DNA of 63,511 bases, filler included, from Basidiobolus ranarum (Eukaryota), in assembly GCA_040143965.1 (NCBI GenBank). It is 26 parts of 26 records of this genome, joined end to end, with 100 filler letters (N's around TTAATTAATTAA, not from the genome) between each part and the next. Parts side by side here need not be neighbours in the genome. Positions count along the whole stretch, not along the records: positions 48,982 to 51,321 come from JASJQH010003453.1; positions 51,422 to 53,761 come from JASJQH010003454.1; positions 53,862 to 56,200 come from JASJQH010003455.1; positions 56,301 to 58,638 come from JASJQH010003456.1; positions 58,739 to 61,075 come from JASJQH010003457.1; positions 61,176 to 63,511 come from JASJQH010003458.1; 20 more parts are not named here. One strand, given 5' to 3'. The position numbers and the translations under genes were made by a program. Below the pieces are notes generated by a model, which saw nothing but the letters and a program-made list of their open reading frames with translations, was not told where the DNA came from and made no database searches. Below are positions 51,283 to 63,398 of the stretch, one piece after another; the stretch's first letter is position 1; every line of letters begins with the position of its first letter.

Positions 51283-51421
51283 GTTTAGGAATTATTGATG
51301 GATTAGCTTGGTTTAGAATGANNNNNNNNNNNNNNNNNNNNNNNNNNNNNNNNNNNNNNNNNNNNTTAATTAATTAANNNNNNNNNNNNNNNNNNNNNNN
51401 NNNNNNNNNNNNNNNNNNNNN

Positions 51422-52377
51422 TCCATGTGAAATCATCAGTATTACTGTATGCTAATCTGATTAACAACATATCAGCAAAATTGGTGATGGAAGTAATGTG
51501 ATGGGCTAAGGAGACTCCAGAGTATATTAACCTGACAACAAAGGGCCCTTTTCAATGTTCTCACAGGTTTTTGCTTTGTTTGAGCACAATAACAGCAACA
51601 AGGCCCAATGCATGGACACAGAGTAAGTACCTCTATAATTGGACTAATTTGCTTGTGTGATAATCTGATGGTATTTTTAGGAAAGCTGAAAGACAGACTT
51701 CTTGGTGAGATAGATCAAGATATATAGTATTAACATTTTAGCCATGGGGTAATCTATTCCAGCAATGACACATCTGCTTGTGGCAGGACATTTGTTGACT
51801 GCAAGCTGGGGATATATAGGCTGAATTGTTTATGGAAATTTGCCAAAATCCAAGAGCTTATTCTCATTGTGAACAGTAACAAGAGTTAGCTCTTTGCCAG
51901 TGTCAGTGGTATTCAAAATCTCAGATGTTTAGCAATTTTTCCAACATTAGTTAGCTGGTAAAGCATATTGATGTTGTGGAGTTATGTCTAATCAGTCAAG
52001 TATGTGCATATGCAGTGACTAGACACAACTAGATTCTTGTTTTTTTGATTCTCATTATGGCTGGAATTCAAAGCCTAAAATATCTAAATAAAGGCATGCA
52101 TATTAATTTGGATTCCTACAGCAGTAAACCCAGTAATTTGCCATTTGAAAATTATATTTTTGCAAAAATTGCAGGATATTGAATAATGCATGCCAAATTT
52201 GAGGATTAATATTTTAACATGTATGAATACCATTAAGATACCGTCAAGAAACCACCATCACACCATTGAAATCCCTGGCAGAATGCAAGCAACCAATATT
52301 GTGATGGTTCTCTGATAGTATGGCTCTTTTGTAGGGTGGATCTGATCTGGATCAAATTGATTTTATTTTTGTTAGTG
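51422..52377 (+). mobile_element. CACTA transposase 3' end and terminus (rc CACTAACAAAAAT)
   Basis: Homologous to 17639-18550 (rc) and 61176-62161; ends ...TTTTTGTTAGTG. Confidence 0.8.
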
Positions 52378-53377
52378 ATTCTTGCAGCTATCTGGTGGAC
52401 ACCCTGCAATATTGCACCATTCTGTATTACGTTCTTCCCAGATATTTGCATGGGCAACACCAAACTGAATGTCAAGTTGAATGCTCTTCTTCTGAAGCCA
52501 CTCTCTGCATACTTGCACTGCATTTTTCCCTTCATAGTTTTGAAAATACTCCTCAAGCATTTTTACTAATGTTATGCATCCTTGTAGTGTGACACTACTG
52601 AGCATGCTTTGTGGTGCTTATATGGCTTTTTGCTTGCATTTAAGTTTGGGGCTAAATTTAACACTTTGAAAAGTACCAGTTGAGGTTGGAGAGCTGGAAG
52701 TTTTATCAGCTGGTGTTTTGGCTTGTTGAGAGATGGCAGGTGTCTGATAAACCTCCAAATTTAGCATTCTTCCAATTGGTGTATCTGGTTCCATGGTGAA
52801 ATCCAGCCTTTTTGCCAGTATATCTGATTCTGACAACACTGATCTTTGTAATGGAGGGAAGAATTTGGAAAGTGGGATAGCAGAGCCTAAACTCACTAGC
52901 TCCTTTGCTTTTCCCTTGGGTTTACTAACTTACTGCTCCTTGAGTACTTCTTTAGCTGCTTTTCTTTCTTTTCCACATCAATTATTGCAATCATTAGATG
53001 TCTCATGAGTAAGCTCATGTTAGTCCAATTGCCATTTGCTTTGCAAAAACTCAGGAAATGCTACATGAAATAAGTCAAGAACCTTGAGAGTAACACCTGG
53101 TTTTTGGTTCTTCTGTAATTGGCTCCAATTGTGGTGATTTTGAGCAAGATTCCACATAGTTTTGAAAATGTTAAACCACTCATCAGCATAGCAAGTGACA
53201 GCAGCTCTGATATTCAGAGCCTTTTGGTTTGCTGGTTTTCCTATGAGATTTCTACTTTCATGCCCCAAGCAATTAGGTTTGTTGTGTAGGCTTAATGGTC
53301 TACCATATATTCTGCTCTGCTAGATTGTAACAGTGATGTTTGTATGTTAGGTGTGGGATTGATTGAAGTCTCAATGA
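52378..53377 (-). mobile_element. CACTA ORF2 3' region (degenerate)
   Basis: ESRNLIGKPANQKALNIRAAV...WFNIFKT..NLAQNH is shared with 56301-57440 and 60900-61075. Confidence 0.7.
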
Positions 53378-53558
53378 CTCTAACAAAAATAAAATTGATT
53401 TGATCCTGATTGGATCCACCCTCTGAAATAGCAAAACCATCAGAGAACTGTCACAATATTGGTGACTTGCATTCTGCTAGGGATTTTGATGGTGTAATGG
53501 TAGTTTCTTGATGGTATTTTGATGGTATTAATACATGTTAAAATGTTGAACCTCTAAT
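53378..53558 (-). mobile_element. CACTA terminus fragment (CTCTAACAAAAAT)
   Basis: Near-identical to 7126-7267. Confidence 0.75.
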
Positions 53559-53761
53559 TTTTGGGAAAATATGGGCTGTTTAGAGGAACTTTAGAAAAGT
53601 GGAGTTGTGAATAGCTTTGTGAGATAATTGTTTATTGTCCAGAAATAAAACATTTATACTTTTTGGTGGAAATACAGAAAACTAACACTGGGGTTGTGTT
53701 CAGAACATCTGTGGGAGTAAAATGAGCTATCTTTGGGGCAATTTGGACGAGTTTGAAATTT
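53559..53761 (-). repeat. Copia family B LTR (partial)
   Basis: Matches 57465-57670. Confidence 0.8.
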
Positions 53762-53861
53762 NNNNNNNNNNNNNNNNNNNNNNNNNNNNNNNNNNNNNNN
53801 NNNNNTTAATTAATTAANNNNNNNNNNNNNNNNNNNNNNNNNNNNNNNNNNNNNNNNNNNN

Positions 53862-54337
53862 CCATCAGCGGCATCGTCAGCATCACCGCTCCCAGTATCG
53901 GTACTATTATCAGCAGCGCCACTGTCAACATCCGTACTATCATCGGTACCATCGTCAGTTTCACCATTGTCGACTTCAGCATTACCGTCAGCATCGGTGC
54001 TATCAGCAACATCGTCGTCACCTTCGTCAGTTGTTTGGTCTTCATCGTTCGCCGTAATACTATTCAAATTTTGAACCCCACTGATGTCACTACTATCACT
54101 TTCATCATCTTGAGTATCGTCTACGCTTTCTCCAGAATCAGGGAATCCACACACAGATGTACTATCATCGGCAGTTTGACACACGGTTCCAGTGGCACAT
54201 TGAGTGTTTACCCAATCACCGTTACTACATATTTGGATCGCATCACCAGAGCATTGTACAGCACTTTCAGTGCAATCTGCAACAGCCCGAGATACTAGAG
54301 CGATGGTAAGAAGACTAATGCTGCAAAGGTACTTCAT
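53862..54337 (-). CDS. Secreted protein with CBM19-like chitin-binding module and Asp/Thr/Ser-rich tail (3' truncated)
   Basis: Signal peptide; CTESAVQCSGDAIQICSNGDWVNTQCATGTVC...C; acidic low-complexity tail; TATAAAA upstream. Confidence 0.8.
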
Positions 54338-56059
54338 GATGTGTTTGTTGTAGATGTAGGTATACTGTTATAGATGGTATGAAGGTTCAAGCTTTTATAG
54401 TGGATAGAGAAACTTGGGTAACTCCTTGTTTCACGAAAGATGAGATTGATTTAATATATGCTTACTTGGTCTCGCATTCATATACAAGATTTATTTTCAA
54501 ATGAAATAAGAAATTCATATCAAGTTAAGGAGCATTCAAAGTAAGAATAGAAGCTTGAGCGCAATATATAGTGATACCTTATACTTCCTAGCGCATATTT
54601 AATATCTCCATCAACTCCGTTCTTGTTAATTCCTTCTTTGATACTGAAATAAAAATCCATACTAGAGATAGTTGAAAGTAGCCCACCGTGTTGGCCATTA
54701 GGATCACTTCATTAAATGAGTAATTACAAATTTAATGCCGTTAATTCAATATGCGGGACCTCTTCGTTTCTGACAACATGGAACAAGTATATATCACTAA
54801 TAAAGGCAGTTGGGCTCATATTGGATTATTACTCAATAAAGCAAGAGGGTTGTACTCAAGTAACAACAAGATTGATCGAATCAAGCACTTGGATCTAAGT
54901 GCGAGTAAGATAGTCTATAAGCTGTCTCGAATGTGTTGAGGCAGGATGTAGTAAAAGAATGATAGATCATCTAGTTGTCAAGTGCTGATTAAAACAATGA
55001 CTTTCCTGTGAGTATGGCAAAAAACTAGCTTACACCCTTGTTTCATGTAGTAGAGAAAGAATCAAGAAGTATACATGCGAAGGACCCTAATACTCTTACA
55101 AGCTCTCATATTTTAGATGTGGATGGCCAGTTAGTGCCTAACCAAGCCGAAGCTATTACCGTTGTGCGGGCGCAGTCATAGTGGGCTAGCGACTAATCAA
55201 CTACTTGAGCCTGGTATTGAATCGTATTCAAGATGCCAAGAACAGTCAGCATCTCATATTCCTAGGTTTAGCGAATCTTCTAGAATAGTAGAGCGAGAGA
55301 AGTTTGTTGCTCTCACATAGGTCTCGCAATTTCTCATACACCTTTATTGGAAATCTTTACAACAGTTGATATTATATGGATTTATATTTGTTAATTTATT
55401 CAGTAACATTGTAAGCAAACATCAGTATTGCAGCGCCTAATTCAACCAATTTGCATGAACATAATGAGAATAATGCGTAATTACATGTTACTTTTTGTAC
55501 TGGACAATTAGCTACAGCATTCTTAACGTTTAAAAAGCATCTAGAAAGGAGTTAAATACCGAAATTACCAATCCCAAGCGCCTTAACACAAGATTCATAT
55601 GCTTCGACGAAAAACCATGCCTATGTCAAAATATACATTCAAACTCTAAAGAGTCAATGCTTTGAGTCCTAAAAATAATTAAATTTATGTTGATATAAAG
55701 CTGTGTATCGATATCAACTAGTGGCAATATTACTAACATAAGGTAGTAAAAGCGAAGTAAGGTATTCAAATTTCTTTAAATGAAGCACTTAATTAATGTT
55801 TAATATTGAACCTAATTCTGTTGTTTTGACAGTAAAAATTGGGTATTTAGTCATAGATGTGAATGTTGGTAAAAATGGTATTTGATATACTACGGGATGG
55901 ACGTTAAAAAATACGGTGCCTTTGTTGGCTTGATAAAGATCAACTTTCCAAACAAATAGCTCAATGCAAACTCAAAAGTTACCCTAGATTACCACAAGTA
56001 AACTATTGAAATTTTACTTGTGATAAGTAGCAAAATAAGATTTCACCATCAATGCTTCC

Positions 56060-56200
56060 TTAATTATCACTGTTGTCATCAGCACCACCATCAGCGCCAT
56101 CATCGGCACCATTATCAGCACCATCGTCAGCGCCCTCGTCGGCACCATCGTCAGCGCCCTCGTCGGCACCAGCGGCAGCGCCCTCGTCGGCACCATCATC
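56060..56200 (-). CDS. C-terminus of an acidic (DDGA/DEGA)n repeat protein, possibly a tandem paralog of the CBM19-like gene
   Basis: DDGADEGAAAGADEGADDGADEGADDGADNGADDGADGGADDNSDN*; 12-nt repeat. Confidence 0.7.
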   Translation of the reverse strand, partial: DDGADEGAAAGADEGADDGADEGADDGADNGADDGADGGADDNSDN

Positions 56201-56300
56201 NNNNNNNNNNNNNNNNNNNNNNNNNNNNNNNNNNNNNNNNNNNNTTAATTAATTAANNNNNNNNNNNNNNNNNNNNNNNNNNNNNNNNNNNNNNNNNNNN

Positions 56301-57445
56301 TTAAATGTTCTTCTTCTGAAGCCACTTTTTGTATACTTGCACCACATTTTACCCTTCATATTTTTGTAAATGCTCCTCAAGTACTTTGACTATTTTTATA
56401 TGTCCTTGTAGTGTGACATTACCAAGGGTGCTTTGTGGTGTTTGTGTGGCTTTTTGGTGGCCTGTAAGCTTGTGCTAGTTTCAACACTTTGAAAAGTACC
56501 AGTTGAGGTTGGTGAGCTGTGAGTTTTATTTGTTGGTCTTTGACTTGTTAAGAGGTGCCAAGTGTTGGATAAACTATCAAATTTAGAACTATTTCAACTG
56601 GTGTACCTGGTTCCATGGTGAAATTAAGCTTTTTTGCCAGCATATCTGACTCTGGAAATGCAGATCTTTATAATTTAGTGAAGAATTTGGTAAGTGAGAC
56701 TGTAGAGCCTAAACTCACTGGCTCCTTACTTTTCCCTTGGGTTTACTAACTTCCTGCTCCTTCAGTTCTTGTTGAGCTGCTTTTCTTTCTTTTCTAATTT
56801 GATAATTGCATACCTTTTTGAGATGTTTGATGAATAGGCCAATAATAGCCCAATTGCCATTTGCTTCCAAAAACCCAGGATAAGCCACATGAAAAAAGTC
56901 AAGAACCTTCAGAGTAATGCCTGGTTTTTTTTCCACAATTGGCTCAAATCCAGGTGATTTTGGGCAAGATTTTGCACAGTTTTGAAAATGTTAAACCTCT
57001 CATAATCAGAGCAGGTGAAGGCAGCTCTGACATTCAGAGTCATTTGGTTTGCCAGTTTTCCAATGAGATTTCTACTTTCATATGCCCTAGCAATTTTGGG
57101 TTGTTGTGTAGCCTTAATGCTCTGGCATATATTCTGCTCTGTTAGATTGTCACAGTAGCTTTCATATGTATGGTATGGGGTTGATTGAAATCCCATTAGA
57201 GAAAGGATGGAGGGAACAGCATGTTGCTGTAGCTTAAGTACAGCATTCTGAACATCTTGTATCAATATTAAGCTACTCTCTAACTGTTGACTAGTTGCTT
57301 CCAAATGCTTCATTAATTGCAATAGTGCGGCAATATTACTTGTCATGGCCTGTATGGCAACTTTGTAGTTTTTGCTTATGATTGCATAGAAATGATTATT
57401 GTGTTCTGCCTGTGATTCCCTGGTTGTAGTAATTGAATCCAAATT
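56301..57445 (-). mobile_element. CACTA ORF2 (degenerate)
   Basis: AIISKNYKVAIQAMTSN..LLQLM..LEATSQQLES, ESRNLIGKLANQ, ANGNWAIIGLFIKHL. Confidence 0.7.
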
Positions 57446-57464
57446 TTCTGTGTAGAGTTGTACA

Positions 57465-57840
57465 TATTGGGAAAATGTGGGCAGTTTGGAGGAACTTTAG
57501 AAAAGTGGAGTTGTGAATAGCTTTGTGAGATAATTATTTATTGTCTAGCAATAGGGCATTTATATACTTTGGTGGGAATACAGACAACTAACACTGAGGT
57601 TGTGTTCAGAACATCTGTGGGAGTAAAATGAGCTACTTTTGGGGCAATTTGGATGAGTTTGAAATTTCCAATATAGAATTGCTAGTTCTCACATTATTCA
57701 CATATATATAATATATGTTCCAATTTGCAGTCAAGTGCTATTTGACCAAGTAATGCTAACTAACTTATATGTGATACATGAAATAGTTAGGTGTATAAAT
57801 ATAGAGATAACAAATATAATGAAGACAATAAACTTCAACA
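57465..57840 (-). repeat. Copia family B 3' LTR (376 bp, TG...TA)
   Basis: Preceded on the - strand by PPT GAGTGGGAG (57841-57849) and the RNase H end. Confidence 0.85.
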
Positions 57841-57854
57841 CTCCCACTCAACCA

Positions 57855-58638
57855 AATATTCATATATCTTAATCCTAACTTATTTCTTAATTCTTCAAAT
57901 TTTGGCTTGGGTAATGGTTTGGTAAAAATGTCCACAAACATGTCCTCGGTTGAACTGTACTCTAGTTGGATGTGCTTATTCTCAATGGCTTCCCTAACAA
58001 TGTGGTATTAAATATCATTGTACTTACTTCTAGCGTGAAATTTGGGATTTTTGGCTTAAGAAATACAACTTTGATTATCCTTGACAATTATGGTGGGTGG
58101 ACTTTGAAAAGTGCCCAAGTCTTTGGACAGTTTCCTCAACCACATAGCCCCCCTTGTTGTATGTGATGTTGGCATGTACACTGCTTCAGTTTTGAAAGTA
58201 CTTTGATGCATTATTTCTTGCTATTTGAAGATATGGCTGCTTTACTATAGAGAAAGGAATATCCAGTGATAGATCTTCTGTCCTCCATATCACATCCTCA
58301 ATCTGCATTACTAAGCCCAATTAGATCCTTATTCTCATTTAAATATGTGTATCAGAATATGTGTATTTTAATCCCAGATCAACTGTACCCTTCAAATATC
58401 TGAAAATCTGCTTAACTGCTGCATGATGCTCAGATCCTGGGTTTTGCACATATTTGCTAGCTACTCCCACTGCAAAAGAGATATCTGGCAGGTTCCAGTG
58501 ATAGCATAGATCAAACTATCTACTATAGATTGATACAGGAACTCAGGGCTTTCAAATGACATATTTTGAGCCATATTTGGCCAATTTTCATCATTTTTGA
58601 TGTGATTTTTGACTAGTTTCACACCTGGATCTATGGGA
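57855..58638 (-). mobile_element. Degenerate Copia family B RT end and RNase H
   Basis: PYQSIVDSLIYA, DRRSITGY, STEDMFVDIFTKPLPKPKF. Confidence 0.85.
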
Positions 58639-58738
58639 NNNNNNNNNNNNNNNNNNNNNNNNNNNNNNNNNNNNNNNNNNNNTTAATTAATTAANNNNNN
58701 NNNNNNNNNNNNNNNNNNNNNNNNNNNNNNNNNNNNNN

Positions 58739-61075
58739 ACAAAATCTAAAGCAAGATAGTGCATTTTTCCCACAAAAACCTTCAAGTTTACTGATGGCAG
58801 GAGTGTCACCAATACATTCAATGATCATAGCTTTAATAAAATAATCCCCATCTGAACCCCATCAGAACACTGCTCAAATTCTGCAATCAAAGGCTCTAAG
58901 AAGCTATATATAGGCACTGGTAATTTAGGTCCAGATATGATGGATAGTATCAAAAAATTATGACTCTACAGTGCTCAGAAGGAGTAAGATTTAAGTTGAT
59001 TAAAATTATTGGCTAGCAAGCCTTTCCAATGGTATATTTATTTAGTGAGAAACCATCCAGAGCCAATGCAAATGTATGTTCATATGTGTTCTCAAAGAAA
59101 CCTTGACTTTTCATATTCTGGTAGTGATATCCATCAAGTATATTGATAATACCATCAGGTTTATGGTGAGTATTTTGGTATTGGATCAATGTTCTATATT
59201 TGGGTAATTTCATCAAAACTTTAAGATGGGAAATCAACACTACGTAAGCCAAATATGAACCCTACTTACCTGATTCATTGATTGCCAATTGTGTGCAAAC
59301 AGTACCTGACTTCAGGTTTTTCATATCACCAGTGAAAGCCACACAACTATTTGAACATGAAGGTAGTTTGATTACTGAACAATTATAAGTCATACATTTG
59401 ACAAGTGTTTTCCACTTGTACCAGGTCTGTGGCAAGCAAAAGTTGCCAATTAACTGTGGTAAGAGTGTAAGAAGACCAACAAACATCTGGTTGCTAAGAT
59501 AGAATTGAACTATCCACTCCTCAGTAATTAAAGCTGCTTCCTTTACAGTAAGTGTTATGAGTGGACTAATGTTTGGCAATAGCAAGGAGTTTATTACAAG
59601 ATCATTGTCTTCTTCTTCAACTTCTGATATATTACCATTGATACTGGAATAACCATGGTCAACATCTAGCAACAAGTCCTCAAAGTTGTCTGGACCTACT
59701 GGTTCAACCAAGGTTGCATTTCTACCTACATCATCCTGATAATATAACTGTGGTAACTCCATGGTATCTTGCCTTTTGGCAGTGTTTGCAAAACTTTGAT
59801 GCAAAGTACAGTCAGTGGACTCAATGGGTAAAACTAAAGTCAATTTTGTGCACTTATTACTGTTGTTATATGCCAGGCTTTGTGCAGCAGATGCCTTTGT
59901 ACAGTGACTGGGCTTGTGATTATTTTTACTATGAAGCCTCTGGCTTTCACAGCACAAGAATTTGTGACAATAATTGCAGGGCTTTTTAAAACATTTGTGT
60001 TGTGGCATGAGAAGGATACTGTAGAAAAAAGTACACCTCCCACATAAGGCTGGTATTTTAGGTATAGCCCATCAATATCATTGGTTGATTCTGAGACAGT
60101 GTCACAGATGAGTCATCAGGGGATTTACAAGATGTTTCTGGTGTTGGATGGCAATATTGGTTTTTTATAAGCTGTTTCTAAGCAATTTCATCACACCAAG
60201 CTTACCATCTGAAATTTCAATGCCATTCAAAAAGCATTCAAAATCTAAGTCAAAATTGGCTTCCAAGCCAAAGCTTGCTGGCACAAAAGGAAAAAAACCA
60301 GTAAGAACAGAGGACTTAACTGATGAGCAGGCTAGCAATCCACTATCCACTTTGGAAGGCATTAATATGCTGGAAACTAACTCAAGTAATAATGAAGCAT
60401 TAATCATTTTACCAGATATGTTCCTTTCCAGCAATAGTGCAAGTGAAGAGATTGTAATCCCCCAGTTATATAGTAAATCAATAGTTGAGCAAAGTTCAAC
60501 CAAAACACCATCCAGACCATCAACTTCCTAAATGGCTACTTTGCCCACTATTGAACAACCATTTGCAGAAAGTTTGGATAGAATTATTACAACAAGGGTA
60601 TAGCAGGCAGAACACTATAATGATTTGTATGCAATCATAAGTAAAAACTATGAAGTTGCAATACAGGCCATGACAAGCAATAATGCCACAATATTGCAAT
60701 TAATGCAGTGTTTGGGAGCAACTAGTCAACAGTTAGAGAGTCACTCAACAATGATACAAGACCTTCAGAATGCTGTACTTGAGTTACAGCAACATGCTGC
60801 CTCCTCCATCCATTCTCATACAGGATTTCAATCAATCCCACACCATACACATGAACATCACCATGACAATCTAGTAGAGCAGAATGTGTGTTGGACCATT
60901 AAGCCTACACAATGACCCAAAATTGCTAGGGCACATGAAAGTAGAAATCTCATAGGAAAACTGGCAAACCAAAAGAATCTGAATGTCAGAGCTGCCATCC
61001 CTTGCTCTGATTATGAGTGGTTTAACATTTTGGAAACTGTGCAGAATCTTGCCCAAAACCACCTAGATTTGAGCT
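58739..61075. mobile_element. CACTA/CMC element core: transposase (-, 58739-60008) and divergent ORF2 (+, about 60148-61075), degenerate
   Basis: LALDGFS, IGDTPAISKL; ORF2 KLAGTKGKKPVRTEDL...; second copy of 19795-21980. Confidence 0.85.
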
Positions 61076-61175
61076 NNNNNNNNNNNNNNNNNNNNNNNNN
61101 NNNNNNNNNNNNNNNNNNNTTAATTAATTAANNNNNNNNNNNNNNNNNNNNNNNNNNNNNNNNNNNNNNNNNNNN

Positions 61176-62161
61176 AATGGAGTGCACCTGTGGTGAAATG
61201 ATGCTTGGTGTGAAATTGTCAGTATTACCATATGCTAATCTGATTAACAATGTATCCACTAAATCAGTGATGGATGTAATGCAATGGGTTAAGAAGACTC
61301 CAGAGTATATTAACCTGCCAACAAAGGGAACTTTTAAATGTGCTCACTGGTTTTTGCATTGTTTGAGCAAAATAACTGCAACCAAGCCCAATCCATGGAC
61401 ACAGAGTAAGTACCTCTGTGATTGGACTAATTTGCTTGTGTGATAATCTGATGGTACTTTTAGGAAAGCTGCAAGACAGACTTCTTGGTGAGATAGATCA
61501 AGATACGCAGTATTGTTGTTTTAGCCATGGGGTAATCTAATCTAGCAATGACACATCTACTTGTGGCAGGGCATTTGTTGACTGTAAGTTGGGGATATAT
61601 TGGCTGAATTCTTCACAGAAATTGGCCAAAATCCAAGAGCATATTTTCATTGTGAATGGTAACAAGAGTCAGTTATTTGCCAAGTGTCAGTGCTACTTGA
61701 AATTTCAGATGTTTAACAATTTTTCTACCATTAGTTTGCTGGTAAAGCATATTGATGTTGTTGAGTTATGTCTAAGCAGTCAAGTATGTGCATAGGTAGA
61801 GACTAAACACAACAAGATTCTTGTACTTTTTGATTCTCATTACGGCTGGAATACAAAGCCTAAAATATCTACACAAAGGCATGCATATTAAATCAAATTC
61901 CTACAGCAGTAAACCCAGTAATTTGCAATTTGAAAATTTTATTTTTGCAAAAATTGTCTGATATTAAATAACACATGCAAATTTGAGGATCAATATTTTA
62001 ACATGTATGAATACTATCACAATACCATCAAGAAGCCATGGTCACACCATCAAAATCCCTGACAGAATGCAAGCTACCAACATTGTGATGGTTCTCTGAT
62101 GGTTTTGATCTTTTGGAGGGTGGATCCAATCCGGATCAAATTGATTGTATTTTTGTTAGAG
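61176..62161 (+). mobile_element. CACTA transposase 3' end and terminus
   Basis: Ends GGATCCAATCCGGATC...TTTTTGTTAGAG (rc CTCTAACAAAAAT). Confidence 0.8.
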
Positions 62162-63398
62162 ATCAGATAACCATCACAATATTGGTGGCTTAAATCCTGC
62201 CAGGGACTTTGATGGTGTGATGGTGGCTTTTTAATGGTAGTTGATTGTATTCATACATGGTAAAATATTCATTGTCCCATTTGGCATAAATTATTTACTT
62301 TCTGACAATTTTTGCAAAAAAATAATTTTTAAACAGCAAATAACTGGTTTTACTGCTGTAGGAATTTGAGTCAATATGCATGTCTTTATTTTGATATTTC
62401 AGGCTTTGTATTCCAGCCACAATGAAAATCAAAAAATACAAGAAACTTGTAGTGCTTAGTCTCTTCATATGTGTATAACTGATGGATCCAACCCAACTCA
62501 ACAACATCAATATGCTTTACCAGCAAAATAATGGTGGAAAAATTGATAAACGTCTGAAACTTGAACAAGACTGACACTTGGCAAATAGCTGAGTTTTGTT
62601 ACCTTTCACAATATGAATAAGCTCTTGGATTTTGCCAAGTTTCCTTATTGAATTTGGCCAAAATATACCCAACTTGAAGTCAAACAATGTCCTGTGACAA
62701 GTGTATGTGTCATTCATAGAATAGACAACCCTAAGGCAGAAACAACAATATGTCACATCTTGATATATCTCACTAAGAAGTCTATGTTACAACTTCTCAG
62801 AAAAACTGTGAGAGTATTACACAAACATATTAGGCATAGTTAAGGAGGTAGTTGCTCTAAGTCCAAGTCTTGATGTTGTTATTGTGCCCAAACAATGCAA
62901 AAACCCAAGAGCACATTGAAGAAAGCACTTTGTTGGAAGGTTTACATACTCTGGCATCTGTTTAACCCATCCCATTGTATCCATTACTGATTTTGCTGAT
63001 ATATTGTCTATCAGATTAGCATATGGTATACTGACAATCTCACACAGAGAGTCATTTTACCACAGTTGCACTCCGTTGGGAGATCTCGTAATGTATAGCA
63101 TGGGCCTATAATCTCTAAGTATTCTGAAAGATGCAGCAGGGAATCTATTGGGTACCAACATAGACTCAGTCTATATTCTTTAAACCTGTAATAAAGTTTT
63201 TCATATCCATTTACCTGATCTACACACTGTCACTGTATCTGCCTGAGATCTGGCAATGTGTGTTGATGCCACAAGAATATATTAGCAATATCCAGAAACA
63301 ACTCCCAATATTGCCAATACTTTGCAGCCAGACCTCTTTACAAGATTACACTTGAATATACATAAATCTAATACTTCCAGTCTTTGCCTTTGAAAAAG
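62162..63398 (-). mobile_element. Second, more diverged CACTA 3' portion in inverted orientation
   Basis: Reverse-complement homolog of 61176-62100 and collinear with 17700-18880. Confidence 0.8.

Noticed and set aside
2401-61131. Regularly spaced TTAATTAATTAA motif as a CRISPR-like or biological repeat
   Set aside because: Always centred in 44+44 Ns between size-sorted contigs; it is a synthetic six-frame stop linker.
62120-62161. Helitron 3' end (hairpin near a terminus)
   Set aside because: No CTRR end; the terminus reads CNCTAACAAAAAT and is linked to a Tnp2-type transposase, so CACTA fits better.
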